Source: a virus. Taken from it: a stretch of 53,281 bases of DNA. A model generated the notes under the pieces. It saw nothing but the letters and a program-made list of their open reading frames with translations. It had not been told where the DNA came from and searched no databases. The number at the start of each line of letters is the position of its first letter. Position 1 is the stretch's first letter. Location of the stretch: IMG/VR virus record IMGVR_UViG_3300025133_000004, positions 1 to 53,281 of that record. One strand, written 5' to 3'. Below are positions 26,830 to 36,346 of the stretch, piece by piece. The translations under genes and the position numbers were made by a program.

Positions 26830-28648
26830 AACTTATACACCCCTCTTCCTCTAAATTAATTTTAGGTATTTTAATATTAACATTCTCTGTACTACGGGCA
26901 GCGTTAGAACGTAAGTAGTATAAAGATTTAAGTCTATGTATACCCGCCCAATGTATATCGTTTAAATACTGTAAGAAATTGTTGTGAGTTTCTTGGTCTG
27001 CTTCTATAGGTGGAGATTTAAAAAATAAATTAACACTTTGACTTTGACATATATACTCTTGACGCATAGCAGCGTGTTCTATAATCCATATTTGATTTAT
27101 CTCTGGTGCTGTTTTAAATATTTTCTTTTGTTCATCAGATAAAATATCTAGGTGCTGCACTGAACCTTCATTTGCTGCTATATCTTTCCATATCTCTTCT
27201 CGTTTTTTTCCAGTAGGAACAAGCTCATATAATAAATCATCAAGATATTTGTTTCTAACTTTAAAGCTGCCAGATAATGTCTTGTGTGTATAGACATTAG
27301 CTCTATTAGGTTCTATAGAGGGGCTAGTAGCACCACATATAATAGAACTAGAAGCGTTAGGAGCTACGGCAAGAAGATGTGCGTTGCGTTTACCACTACC
27401 TTTCATGTCGGGAGCCTCACCCCGTTCTTCTCCTAGTTGTCTTGTGGCTTTGTCGGCTCTGTCTTTTATAAAAGAAAAAGCTTTGTTGTTAAAACTTGCA
27501 GCATACATACTTTCAAAAGGTATGTTATTCTTTTGTAAGTAACTATGGAAACCCATTGCCCCTAAACCAATAGACCTTTCTCGCATAGCTGAGTAGGCTG
27601 CTTTAGAATATCCGGGCTTATCACCAACTAAATCAATAAAGTTTTCTAGTACATTATCTAGCATAGTAATTAAATCAGATATAAAGTTATCTTCTTTAGA
27701 CCACTCATTAAAGTATTCTAGGTTCACACTAGATAAACAGCAAACCGCTGTTCTATTTTCATCAGTTGGCAAAGTTATTTCAGAACATAAATTACTTTGC
27801 TTTATTGTTAAGCCTAGTTTCTTTTGTTCCTCTGGCAGAGCAGCATTACAATTATCTATGTTAATTAAATAAGGCTCACCAGTTTCCATTCGGGTCTGTA
27901 TTATTTGAAACCATAAATCTCTTGCTTGTACAATCTTTACTGCTGTATTAGTTTTAGGGTCTATCAATCTCCACTCATCATCTTCTGCTACAGCATTTAA
28001 AAATTCATTAGTAATATTAATTGCATTGTGTAGATTCAAACACTTCCTATTTAAATCACCGCCCGTAGTCTTACGCATATTAATAAACTCTTCTACTTCG
28101 GGGTGTGATATATTTATATAAGCGGCATAGCTTCCTCTTCTAGTTACGCCTTGGTTAAAGGCCAACATCTGAGAGTCTACAACGTGCATAAAGGGTATTG
28201 ATCCAGTACTGCGGCTACCGTTAGAAGTATCCACGCCATTGCTGCGAATATCACCCCAATGTCCACCGATGCCTCCACCTCCACTTGCAAGCCAAATGTT
28301 CTCATCATAGTGAGCAGATAAACCATCCCTAGAGTCAGGTACATAATTAAGAAAACAACTGATAGGTAAACCCCTACTTGTACCCCCATTAGAAAGTATA
28401 GGAGTACTGAAGCTAAACCAATGATTACTAGCGTACTCGTAAAGTCTCTGTCCAAGATTAAAATCAGTATGTCCTTTATAAGTTGCACCAAAAATAGCGG
28501 CCCTAGCAAAAGCTTGTTGAGCATGAGTTTCACCTTCCCATAAATATCTGTCTGTTATAGTTTCTTTAGAAAAAGAATTTAATAAGTTTTCTTTTTCATA
28601 GTTAATATGAATACCTAAATATGGCTGAACACCAATCTTCTCAGTCAT
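26819..28648 (-). CDS. nrdA: ribonucleotide reductase class I alpha subunit (no ATP-cone)
   Basis: SNLCSEITLP active-site motif, LAVAPNASSS, C-terminal CISCEG redox pair. The N-terminus starts directly in the catalytic core. Confidence 0.9.
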   Translation of the reverse strand: MTEKIGVQPYLGIHINYEKENLLNSFSKETITDRYLWEGETHAQQAFARAAIFGATYKGHTDFNLGQRLYEYASNHWFSFSTPILSNGGTSRGLPISCFLNYVPDSRDGLSAHYDENIWLASGGGGIGGHWGDIRSNGVDTSNGSRSTGSIPFMHVVDSQMLAFNQGVTRRGSYAAYINISHPEVEEFINMRKTTGGDLNRKCLNLHNAINITNEFLNAVAEDDEWRLIDPKTNTAVKIVQARDLWFQIIQTRMETGEPYLINIDNCNAALPEEQKKLGLTIKQSNLCSEITLPTDENRTAVCCLSSVNLEYFNEWSKEDNFISDLITMLDNVLENFIDLVGDKPGYSKAAYSAMRERSIGLGAMGFHSYLQKNNIPFESMYAASFNNKAFSFIKDRADKATRQLGEERGEAPDMKGSGKRNAHLLAVAPNASSSIICGATSPSIEPNRANVYTHKTLSGSFKVRNKYLDDLLYELVPTGKKREEIWKDIAANEGSVQHLDILSDEQKKIFKTAPEINQIWIIEHAAMRQEYICQSQSVNLFFKSPPIEADQETHNNFLQYLNDIHWAGIHRLKSLYYLRSNAARSTENVNIKIPKINLEEEGCISCEG

Positions 28649-28740
28649 TGACTTGCTTCTCCTTACGTTTAACTTTTTGTTTTTTAGGCTTAGGTTTTTC
28701 TTGTTTCTTTTTTCTGTTATATCTTTCGGTTCTTTCTAAT

Positions 28741-29028
28741 TTACGATCCCACATTTTCCGTTACCTTAGAAATAAGTTTGTCTAAGTACCATCGGGCCTT
28801 TCGTAAATCTGTTACATTATCTTTGTATCTAAATCGCCATACATATTTTAACACATTATTACGCAAGTAACCTTCAAACTCTTCTTTAGTTGAGGCTGCT
28901 TCAATAGCATCAATACATTCTATATTGCCTTTGTTGTAATGTGCCGGACTAGAAACATTACTACTTTGGTTCTTTAATTGTTGGTGTACCCTATCCCATT
29001 CTTCTGGTGTTGCATTATCAATACTCAT
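28741..29028 (-). CDS. DUF3310-family protein
   Basis: SPAHYNKGNIECIDAIEAA...NVLKYVWRFRYKDNVTDLRKARWYLDKLI matches the DUF3310 pattern. Confidence 0.7.
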   Translation of the reverse strand: MSIDNATPEEWDRVHQQLKNQSSNVSSPAHYNKGNIECIDAIEAASTKEEFEGYLRNNVLKYVWRFRYKDNVTDLRKARWYLDKLISKVTENVGS

Positions 29029-29036
29029 AGTGTCTC

Positions 29037-29525
29037 CTACTCACTCTCAATGTTTAAAGTATTATCTTTACGATAGTTTATATCTACCCATTCACTTGGT
29101 AAAGAGTCTTCACTGTACCATGCAAATCCATTTGCTGATGCCCATTCTCCATGACTTCTTTTTGTACCATCCTTTCTTCTCTTAGCTTGTGGCATAGGAG
29201 CAGAAGGATTGGCAAACAAAAAAACTAATTCTGTATTAGGAGGCAATGCTTTTTTAACCCATATATATTTACTGTATTCGGCAAAGTCCCAGAACCTTCC
29301 TTTAGCTTCTAACAAAATTATTTTATTGCCCATAATTCTAACAAAGTCAGGCTCATAAACGTGTTCAATTATATAAGCTATTTCTTTAGTATGATGATTC
29401 CATTGTTTTAACAGCCCATTGTGAAGCTCATGTTCCCAATTAGAATCATAGCTAGGAGGTACGTTCTTTTCTTTAGGCCGTTTAATTCTAGGCTTTCTAA
29501 ATCCCTTGCGAATTTTTTTATTCAA
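29037..29525 (-). CDS. T7 endonuclease I-like Holliday junction resolvase
   Basis: YEPDFVRIMGNKIILLEAKGRF resembles the Y(T/E)PDF...E(V/A)KG core of phage endonuclease I. Confidence 0.65.
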   Translation of the reverse strand: MNKKIRKGFRKPRIKRPKEKNVPPSYDSNWEHELHNGLLKQWNHHTKEIAYIIEHVYEPDFVRIMGNKIILLEAKGRFWDFAEYSKYIWVKKALPPNTELVFLFANPSAPMPQAKRRKDGTKRSHGEWASANGFAWYSEDSLPSEWVDINYRKDNTLNIESE

Positions 29526-29784
29526 TGTCCTTTAACCTCACTGTAGTAACGTCCATGTTAGTCTTTCTAATTAAAGTTTTTATTTTTTTAACTGTCCACT
29601 TAAAAGAGTAGGCACTTAAAAATATTTGATTGTTAGCAAAGACATGAGTTTGACTAGAAAGATATGAGAGTATATTACTTTCATTTATATTTTCTGATTC
29701 TTTTTTAGATACTAAAGTTTTAAACCATTCAACTAGAACAGTCTTAGATTGTTTCCGTATCTGCTTGCAAAGCTTGGAATTCAT
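29518..29784 (-). CDS. hypothetical protein (88 aa)
   Basis: Track ORF in the operon, overlapping its neighbours. Confidence 0.5.
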   Translation of the reverse strand: MNSKLCKQIRKQSKTVLVEWFKTLVSKKESENINESNILSYLSSQTHVFANNQIFLSAYSFKWTVKKIKTLIRKTNMDVTTVRLKDIE

Positions 29785-30655
29785 GATCTACCTCCTGTAC
29801 TTTAGGCTCTGCTACTACTTTAGTCAAGAAGGCATAGCCCTTAGAATATTGAAACACCCGTAATCCTTTACCGTTATTAGAGTCTTTAAAGCATTCAAAC
29901 TTATAAGGACACCAAGCACAGTTCTTATGTATCTTTTCATTGCCCTTTGTACCATCAGCTACAGGTTTAAAACAGAGGTCAGCCGGAGGCGTATTCTTTT
30001 TAAGAGCTTTGTTTATATTCTTTATCTTACTTCTGATGTTTGGTTTATCTAAATCCTCTGGTTGGTAGAAACATAGCTCACCGTTTTCTTTATTGATAAC
30101 TAATAAACCACCGTTGCTTGTACCTTCAGACTCTTCATACCCTGCAAGTTGCCCCAAGTAACCGAAGGGATCATCATCTCTGAGTGTTCCGTTTTTAAAT
30201 TTACTAAAGGCAAAGCCCGATGCAGTTTTAATATCAACAACTTCATTGTCAATGATACAATCTATGTGGCCTGATACACTATCTACTACAACTTCTTTTT
30301 GTTCTCCAGTTAAGTCGTGACCAGATATAGTTACAAAAAGTTTTACTAGTTCTTCTAGCATATGACCATACAAAAATTTAATTTGAGTAGGAGGATTAGG
30401 TTTAGATTCAGACTGTTTGTTTTTATATTTGTTATCAAACCATAAGCGCCTTGTACCCTTACCAACATTAGACATCCTTATAGAAAAGTTAGAATCTCTT
30501 TTAGTTGGATTAGCCCAAGAACGCATGACATCTTTCATAGCCTCACCGAAGTCTTCTATCTGTTGTTCAGATATGTCTAAGGCTTGGCCGTCTGATAAAG
30601 GCTCTATGGTTTTGTATATATCTTCAATCAGATTTTTCATTTCTATGCTCCACAA
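29744..30655 (-). CDS. PD-(D/E)XK exonuclease with a Cas4/RecB-type Cys cluster
   Basis: GHIDCIIDNEVVDIKTAS (D...E/D-x-K) and C-terminal CAWCPYKFEC (CX2CX5C) plus an upstream Cys. The Met at 30640 (MKNLIEDIY) is a possible true start. Confidence 0.7.
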   Translation of the reverse strand: MWSIEMKNLIEDIYKTIEPLSDGQALDISEQQIEDFGEAMKDVMRSWANPTKRDSNFSIRMSNVGKGTRRLWFDNKYKNKQSESKPNPPTQIKFLYGHMLEELVKLFVTISGHDLTGEQKEVVVDSVSGHIDCIIDNEVVDIKTASGFAFSKFKNGTLRDDDPFGYLGQLAGYEESEGTSNGGLLVINKENGELCFYQPEDLDKPNIRSKIKNINKALKKNTPPADLCFKPVADGTKGNEKIHKNCAWCPYKFECFKDSNNGKGLRVFQYSKGYAFLTKVVAEPKVQEVDHEFQALQADTETI

Positions 30656-30947
30656 ATCTAAGTTGTCTAGTAGCAGGATTATATCCTAATAGTTTTACTC
30701 CTAGTTCTTTTTGTAATTCAGTTCTTACTTGATGAGTACAATAATAATTCCCCTCTTTGCGGGGATCATGTGATTCTGTTTTTACATCTATTAGTGTAGC
30801 ATTTCCATCCTTATAAGCAATTAAATCTATTGGCCCTTGAGTACCTGCATTAAGGAAAACTTCATAACCATTATCCCACAGCCAAGTAACAGCATAAAAT
30901 TCTGATAAATCCCCAACCCTACTATTAGAATGTTTAATGTGTTTCAT
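30624..30947 (-). CDS. small PD-(D/E)XK endonuclease (Hjc-like)
   Basis: GDLSEFYAVTWLWDNGYEVF...GPIDLIAYKDGNATLIDVKT fits the E...D...(D/E)xK small nuclease fold pattern. Confidence 0.55.
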   Translation of the reverse strand: MKHIKHSNSRVGDLSEFYAVTWLWDNGYEVFLNAGTQGPIDLIAYKDGNATLIDVKTESHDPRKEGNYYCTHQVRTELQKELGVKLLGYNPATRQLRFVEHRNEKSD

Positions 30948-31225
30948 TAATGGATGTCTCCATAGTTGTGAGAAAAAGTTTCTTCACCCGTCCAAATACA
31001 TAAATTATAAATAGGGTACTTGTCTTTTTTCTTATCCTTTATAATACAAAACTCTAACTTAACTTTTCTTAGGGCAGGGTCTTGCTGTGCAGCATCATAC
31101 CCCCATATAGCATTCCTTACACTTTTGGTTGTTATAACATCAACCGGAAACCAAGTGTCATCACATCCATATTCTTCACCCCAAACTGTGTATTCGTATT
31201 TCCCATATTTGTTAATGTGTTTCAC
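30947..31225 (-). CDS. hypothetical protein (92 aa)
   Basis: Track ORF in the operon. Confidence 0.5.
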   Translation of the reverse strand: MKHINKYGKYEYTVWGEEYGCDDTWFPVDVITTKSVRNAIWGYDAAQQDPALRKVKLEFCIIKDKKKDKYPIYNLCIWTGEETFSHNYGDIH

Positions 31226-32960
31226 TCCAGTTATCTCCTATATGATACTCACCATCTAAAGGACATTTTGTATTAAACTCTAGCCCTGCATTTTGTATAG
31301 CCAATACACCTAGCTCACCCACTTTCTTGGCATCTTTCTTTACTACTTCTATCTGCCATTCATCATGGATGTTAGCAACAAAGTGTGCGTCTAGATCATG
31401 CTCTATAATATAATCATTCAAAAGCTCTAGTGCTTTCTTCATAACTATACTACCACCGCCCTGTAGTAAAGCATTAAGGGCTGAGTGTGCTGATCTAATG
31501 TATATCTTTCTACCATCTAATCCCTTGATATATCCCTTGGACGCTGCTCTTGTAACTCTATCTTTAAGATTTCTAAGTGATGGGAGATTAGCAAGGAAGC
31601 GTTGTTTAAGTCGTTGACCATCTTGTTTGCCTCCTCCAACCACACTTCCAAGCTTTTCATTTCCCGCTCCGTAGATGAAGGCATATATGAAAGTTTTAGC
31701 CTGATTTCTAGATTTAAGTCCTGCAATTTTTTGATTAGCGGAGTGTATGTCTCCGTGCAAAATTTCATTTGTAAACTCCTTATCGTTCATGTAATGTGAA
31801 AGCATCCTTAACTCTAGACCAGAAGCATCTATACCTACTAGATTATAACCTTTGGGAACTGTCCAACAAGCTCTACAATCCTTACCATAAGGTGAGTTAG
31901 AGCTAGGAACTTGGGCTAAGTTAGGTTCTCTATGGGTCATACGACCCGTAATTGTACCGTTGTGATTAACAAAACCATGTACTCTGTCTTGATTATCTAC
32001 ACTATCTAACCAAGATTTTATCTGAGCTATACGCTTTTGGTACATAAGATAGTTAGCAATAAGTTTTGCTTGCGGTATACTGTCAATCTTTTTAAGAGTT
32101 GATTCATCTACAATAGGCTGACCAGTAGGTGTAAACTTGGTAGGCTTCCAACCAAACTTTTGTAAGTACTCACCTATCTGTTTGCGGGAGCCTAAGTTAA
32201 ACTCTGTTCTGCTTCTCCTTGCTATCTGATCCTGCTCATTTAAAACATCGTACTCATCAGAGTTTAATCTGTACTTAACACCGTTAGCATCTACGGCCAT
32301 CTTAGATAACTTACCCGCACTAGTCTTAGTAGGATAAAGAATTAAAGTATGTTCTTCTGGCTTGAACTCTTTATGTACCTCTGCAACTGTAGAGTCTAAT
32401 CTATCTTTTAATGTAGCAAGCAGGAGAGAGGCAAACTTAACATTTAATAAGAAACCTTTTTCTCTCTGCTTATTTAAGATACCCGCAATGCTTTGCTCTA
32501 GTTCTATAGATTCCCTAGAGAAACCATGCTTCTCTTTACTTAGAGCATCATACACTCTCTTGTTAAGTAGTACATCTCTCTCACAATATGTCACCATCTC
32601 CTGTGAGAAGTTACCATAGTCTGTAAACTCTATCTTAGGAAAGTCTAATCTAAATCCCCAAGATTCAAGACCATGATTACCTTCTCTCACTGGATTAAAC
32701 AAACGCGAAAGGACTAAAGTATCTACTAATTTCTTAGAAGATAAATCAACTCCCGTAAGTTTATGTATCACAGGTATATCAAAACCAATTATGTTGTGAC
32801 CAATTAATTTATCTGCACCCTGCAATTTCTTAATGCCTTCTTGTAATGTATCTCCATAATAAGAATTAAGTTCTTCTGTTTGGACATCACAAGTACTAAG
32901 ACACCAAATCTTAGTAGCTTTAAGATCATCAGTTTCTATATCAAATACTAGAGAACTCAT
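31212..32960 (-). CDS. family A DNA polymerase with 3'-5' exonuclease (T7-like)
   Basis: Exo motifs LVFDIETD, HNIIGFDIPV, YCERDV. Polymerase motifs DASGLELRMLSH (A), RNQAKTFIYAFIYGAG (B), NIHDEWQIE (C). Confidence 0.92.
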   Translation of the reverse strand: MSSLVFDIETDDLKATKIWCLSTCDVQTEELNSYYGDTLQEGIKKLQGADKLIGHNIIGFDIPVIHKLTGVDLSSKKLVDTLVLSRLFNPVREGNHGLESWGFRLDFPKIEFTDYGNFSQEMVTYCERDVLLNKRVYDALSKEKHGFSRESIELEQSIAGILNKQREKGFLLNVKFASLLLATLKDRLDSTVAEVHKEFKPEEHTLILYPTKTSAGKLSKMAVDANGVKYRLNSDEYDVLNEQDQIARRSRTEFNLGSRKQIGEYLQKFGWKPTKFTPTGQPIVDESTLKKIDSIPQAKLIANYLMYQKRIAQIKSWLDSVDNQDRVHGFVNHNGTITGRMTHREPNLAQVPSSNSPYGKDCRACWTVPKGYNLVGIDASGLELRMLSHYMNDKEFTNEILHGDIHSANQKIAGLKSRNQAKTFIYAFIYGAGNEKLGSVVGGGKQDGQRLKQRFLANLPSLRNLKDRVTRAASKGYIKGLDGRKIYIRSAHSALNALLQGGGSIVMKKALELLNDYIIEHDLDAHFVANIHDEWQIEVVKKDAKKVGELGVLAIQNAGLEFNTKCPLDGEYHIGDNWSETH

Positions 32961-34609
32961 AGTTCTTCTCCATCATCCTCAAAGTCTGCGGCATCTAATT
33001 CTTTAAGTCTACCAGTATCTTGATCATATAGCAAATGAGTTGCCATACCCACATCACCAGTATATCTAGATTTAAGTACACGCATATGAGTTGTTTGTGC
33101 ATCTGTAGGGTCTTCAGATTGTTGGTTACGTTCTAAAGCTATAACACAATCAGATAGCTGAGCAATAGATTGAGAACCTCTAAGATGATTTAACCCTACA
33201 GTAACACCATTCTCATGCCCCCTGTTACCCTCTACTCTACGAAGGTGAGACACTAGTACCATCCCTGCCCCTGTTTCTTCAACAATAGATCGTAGCCTAG
33301 TCATAATACTATCTATAGTTCTACGTTCATCTCCTTCTGTTGTCGCTGATACAAGCATATGAAGGTGGTCAACTATAATCCACTTACAGTCGCAACCAAT
33401 AATCATAAATCTAATCTTACTAAAGATTTCATCTATGTCATTTGATCCAAAGTGTGCGTGAATCCATACTCTACCATTGTCATATATCTTACTATAGACT
33501 TCATCTAAATAACTTTTATCGTAGCCTTCTCTGATATGGTCTACATATAATCTGTCGTTTGCCTCTATTGACATTAGACAATCAAGGGTTCTCATATCAT
33601 GTTCTTCAAGGGCTACAATGCCTACGTTATCTTGAGTGTGAGTTATTAACCAATGCTCTAGCTCTCTTGTAATACTAGATTTACCTAGCCCAGTACCACC
33701 AGTTAAAGTAATTAACTCTCCGGCTCTGAGTCCGTATAGCTTTTTATTTAAACCCTCCCAAGGAAAAGGTACTGACTCTTTTTTCTCCCTGTTAAAATAC
33801 TTTTCCTTTAAGTCTTTAGCATTGACCACTCCACTAGGCGTATAAATTCTAGCGTTCCACCAAGCAGCGGTATAAGCATGAGCCGATCCTTTACGGAGCA
33901 TATCATTAGCATCTTTAAACTCTTCTGAAAGATGTAGTATCTTTGCTTTGCCCGGAGTTAATAAAGTAGCTACTTTCTTAGCTGCTTCTCTTCCGGGTTT
34001 ATCATTATCAAAGTTTATAACTACAGTTTCATACTGCTCAAGAAATTCTAAAGATTGTTTAACATCTTTGACTGCACCAGACGCACCGTTCTTAATAGAA
34101 ACTACAGGCCACTTAGAACCTAACAGTTCATAAGCAGCCATAGCATCACACTCACCCTCTACAATAGTAATATATTTCCCACCTGACGATCTACATAACT
34201 GCTCACCAAAGAGGCCACTCCCTTGGCCCGTTCCCTTCCATGTAAACATCTTGTTTTGCTCTCTAACTTTATAGCCCACAATTTCATTCGCTATATAGTA
34301 AGGGTACAAGTGTTTAATTATCTTACCTTCAAAGTTTTTTACGGCCTTAACTCCGAAAGTCTTGGCTGAGTTTAAAGATATTCCTCGGTCAGTAAGGGCT
34401 AAGAACTCTCCTTCTGCATAGTTCATAGTATTATTCCTATAAGGTTTTATATCTATAGGAGTTGAATCTATACTGCCATCGCAAGCCTCCTCATAATTTT
34501 TAAATCTAGTCTTACAACTAAAACAATATCCCGATCCATCTTCATTTATAGACACAGGATCACTCCCGCCACAATCAGGGCAGGGCAAATGATATTTAGC
34601 AAACGCCAT
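32957..34609 (-). CDS. bifunctional primase-helicase (T7 gp4-like)
   Basis: Zn finger CPDCGGSD...CFSC, TOPRIM IVEGECDAMA / FDNDKPG, Walker A GGTGLGKSS, Walker B IIVDHLHML. Confidence 0.9.
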   Translation of the reverse strand: MAFAKYHLPCPDCGGSDPVSINEDGSGYCFSCKTRFKNYEEACDGSIDSTPIDIKPYRNNTMNYAEGEFLALTDRGISLNSAKTFGVKAVKNFEGKIIKHLYPYYIANEIVGYKVREQNKMFTWKGTGQGSGLFGEQLCRSSGGKYITIVEGECDAMAAYELLGSKWPVVSIKNGASGAVKDVKQSLEFLEQYETVVINFDNDKPGREAAKKVATLLTPGKAKILHLSEEFKDANDMLRKGSAHAYTAAWWNARIYTPSGVVNAKDLKEKYFNREKKESVPFPWEGLNKKLYGLRAGELITLTGGTGLGKSSITRELEHWLITHTQDNVGIVALEEHDMRTLDCLMSIEANDRLYVDHIREGYDKSYLDEVYSKIYDNGRVWIHAHFGSNDIDEIFSKIRFMIIGCDCKWIIVDHLHMLVSATTEGDERRTIDSIMTRLRSIVEETGAGMVLVSHLRRVEGNRGHENGVTVGLNHLRGSQSIAQLSDCVIALERNQQSEDPTDAQTTHMRVLKSRYTGDVGMATHLLYDQDTGRLKELDAADFEDDGEEL

Positions 34610-34611
34610 AC

Positions 34612-34905
34612 TTATTCCTCTAATAAACTACCTTGCATTGATTCTTCTCTAGCTTGAGAGCCTAGTACAATCCAGTAAAGCCATAGTCCGTTCCTTACAT
34701 ATTCCTTTTCAACTGAATAACTACCATACTTTTTCTTTCTAAAGTCTCTAAGAGCAGCACTAGCTGATGCTTCTGGAGAGTTGGTAATTAAACTAATCTC
34801 AGAGAGGCTGCGCTTCATGCCATCTTTCATAAGATTAAATATGCGATCTCTCTGTTTAGTTAATCGCGGTTCATCACGATGATAATTATATCCGTTAGTA
34901 ACCAT
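34612..34905 (-). CDS. hypothetical protein (97 aa), possibly a winged-helix DNA-binding protein
   Basis: Track ORF. RSLSEISLITNSPEASASAALRDFRKK resembles a wHTH recognition segment (weak). Confidence 0.5.
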   Translation of the reverse strand: MVTNGYNYHRDEPRLTKQRDRIFNLMKDGMKRSLSEISLITNSPEASASAALRDFRKKKYGSYSVEKEYVRNGLWLYWIVLGSQAREESMQGSLLEE

Positions 34906-34916
34906 ACTTATTCCTC

Positions 34917-35222
34917 TTATTTATATGCTTCATTAATATCTGGAGTTGATGGATCGTCACCTACATACTGACCCTTATCATCTCTAGCCCGTTCACGTTC
35001 TATTAAAGTTTCTTCATGGCATTCAGTATCCATGATGTCAGACCTTAAAGATTGAAGTGCTTCTCTAAGTATCATTACCTTATCACTTAGATCACTCAAT
35101 TCTTTTAGAGCTTTCTGTGCAAGTTTAAACTTTAACTTACCTTCAGCACTAAAAAGGGAGACATTAAAGTCTCCCTCATCAGTCCTAAAGATTGCTGTAG
35201 AATCTTCAGGGATTAAACTCAT
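34917..35222 (-). CDS. hypothetical acidic protein (101 aa)
   Basis: Track ORF in the operon. Confidence 0.5.
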   Translation of the reverse strand: MSLIPEDSTAIFRTDEGDFNVSLFSAEGKLKFKLAQKALKELSDLSDKVMILREALQSLRSDIMDTECHEETLIERERARDDKGQYVGDDPSTPDINEAYK

Positions 35223-35665
35223 AGCTCATCTTCCTCTTCTAAAGATTCTTCTACATCAAACTCATCTCCGGCTTGGTTGTAGGAAACTAAGTCTAGGATT
35301 TGTACAGCCTGAAGATCAAGACCTTTATAAGTCTTACCCTGCCGGACAACTTCCCATTCTTTATACTGGACATTACCAATAGAACCATTACCAACTGACA
35401 CATCTATTTCATTCTTAGACTTGTCAAATAGTTTTGGTGCAGGACGAGTAATTCCATTAGGGCCACTGACCTTACGCTTAACTACAACTGCCGGACCTTC
35501 ATCCATTTCTTTAATGTTGAAGCCACGATCTTTAAAATCAGCAGCAGTTGCGTCATCTACTATTACATTAACCGAGTATACTGGTTCATAAGTAGTGTTA
35601 GGTACAGTGATTGAAGCCCAAACTAGTGGGCGATTTTTTAGTACAGCCATGCTATATACCTCCAA
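35219..35665 (-). CDS. ssDNA-binding protein (DUF2815 / T7 gp2.5-like)
   Basis: LVWASITVPNTTYEPVYSVNVIVDD OB-fold-type N-terminus and an acidic C-terminal tail EESLEEEDEL, located beside the replisome genes. The likely start is the Met at 35650. Confidence 0.6.
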   Translation of the reverse strand: MEVYSMAVLKNRPLVWASITVPNTTYEPVYSVNVIVDDATAADFKDRGFNIKEMDEGPAVVVKRKVSGPNGITRPAPKLFDKSKNEIDVSVGNGSIGNVQYKEWEVVRQGKTYKGLDLQAVQILDLVSYNQAGDEFDVEESLEEEDEL

Positions 35666-35685
35666 AGGTATGGTTTAAAAATAAG

Positions 35686-35856
35686 TTAAGTAACATCCTT
35701 GTCAGTTTCTCCTTTATGCTTTTTATAGCCCCTCTTTGATTCCTTATACTTGTCAGAGTGTACCATAAATTTGTTAAACTTCCTAGCATTTTTTGCTACA
35801 GGATTGTTTTTATTTCTGAGTTGATTGGGCGGTGATCTACGCATTTTCTTCCTCAT
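35686..35856 (-). CDS. unlisted small ORF, about 56 aa, very basic
   Basis: Hand translation gives MRKKMRRSPPNQLRNKNNPVAKNARKFNKFMVHSDKYKESKRGYKKHKGETDKDVT. It fills an otherwise empty gap. Confidence 0.35.
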   Translation of the reverse strand: MRKKMRRSPPNQLRNKNNPVAKNARKFNKFMVHSDKYKESKRGYKKHKGETDKDVT

Positions 35857-35977
35857 ATGTTTCTACAAGTAATCTAATTGCTTCACGATACAATATACTT
35901 TTCTTGTTGTCAAATGGTATACCTTCTAGTGTATCTAAAAGTAACCGAAGATCATCATAAGTTTCTTTTGTTATCAT
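35837..35977 (-). CDS. unlisted small ORF, 46 aa
   Basis: Hand translation gives MITKETYDDLRLLLDTLEGIPFDNKKSILYREAIRLLVETYEEENA. GGAGGA lies 6 nt upstream of the ATG. Confidence 0.5.
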   Translation of the reverse strand: MITKETYDDLRLLLDTLEGIPFDNKKSILYREAIRLLVETYEEENA

Positions 35978-36092
35978 ATATATCCTCCGTTAATTTTTTC
36001 CACGTTCCATCAAAATACATAGAGACCATTGCATAGATAGCTATGTCTACACCTATGATAATTAAAAACATTACATATCCAAGTACATTCAT
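35955..36092 (-). CDS. unlisted small ORF, 45 aa, one TM helix
   Basis: Hand translation gives MNVLGYVMFLIIIGVDIAIYAMVSMYFDGTWKKLTEDIYDNKRNL. ATGA overlap with the upstream gene. Confidence 0.45.
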   Translation of the reverse strand: MNVLGYVMFLIIIGVDIAIYAMVSMYFDGTWKKLTEDIYDNKRNL

Positions 36093-36346
36093 TTGTAAAA
36101 TTTCTCGCTCATGTTATTAATTGTTCTTCTGTGCGTAGTACCAAGTGTTTCTTTTTCGTCATCTGAATATGCAAAAGGCGTACACTTTTGTATATGTCCA
36201 CCAGAATTTACATAAGCTATTGTTTGTTGTTCAATTTTTTTACTGAGTAATTCTTTATCTAATACTGGTTCTTCTCCTTTTTTATTTCTATTAAACAAGA
36301 AAGCTCTGTCTGTCATTTGATTTCTTCTATTCTTTAATGTTGTCAT
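36089..36346 (-). CDS. hypothetical protein (85 aa)
   Basis: Track ORF in the operon. Confidence 0.5.
   Translation of the reverse strand: MTTLKNRRNQMTDRAFLFNRNKKGEEPVLDKELLSKKIEQQTIAYVNSGGHIQKCTPFAYSDDEKETLGTTHRRTINNMSEKFYK

Noticed and set aside
28177-34133. Alternative-frame or opposite-strand track ORFs in the replication arm (28177..28533, 30417..30689, 31020..31259, 31082..31276, 31517..31768, 31602..31799, 32362..32619, 33948..34133, and also 36471..36656)
   Set aside because: They are embedded in nrdA, the nuclease genes, the DNA polymerase or the primase-helicase, all of which have clear catalytic motifs in the chosen frames.
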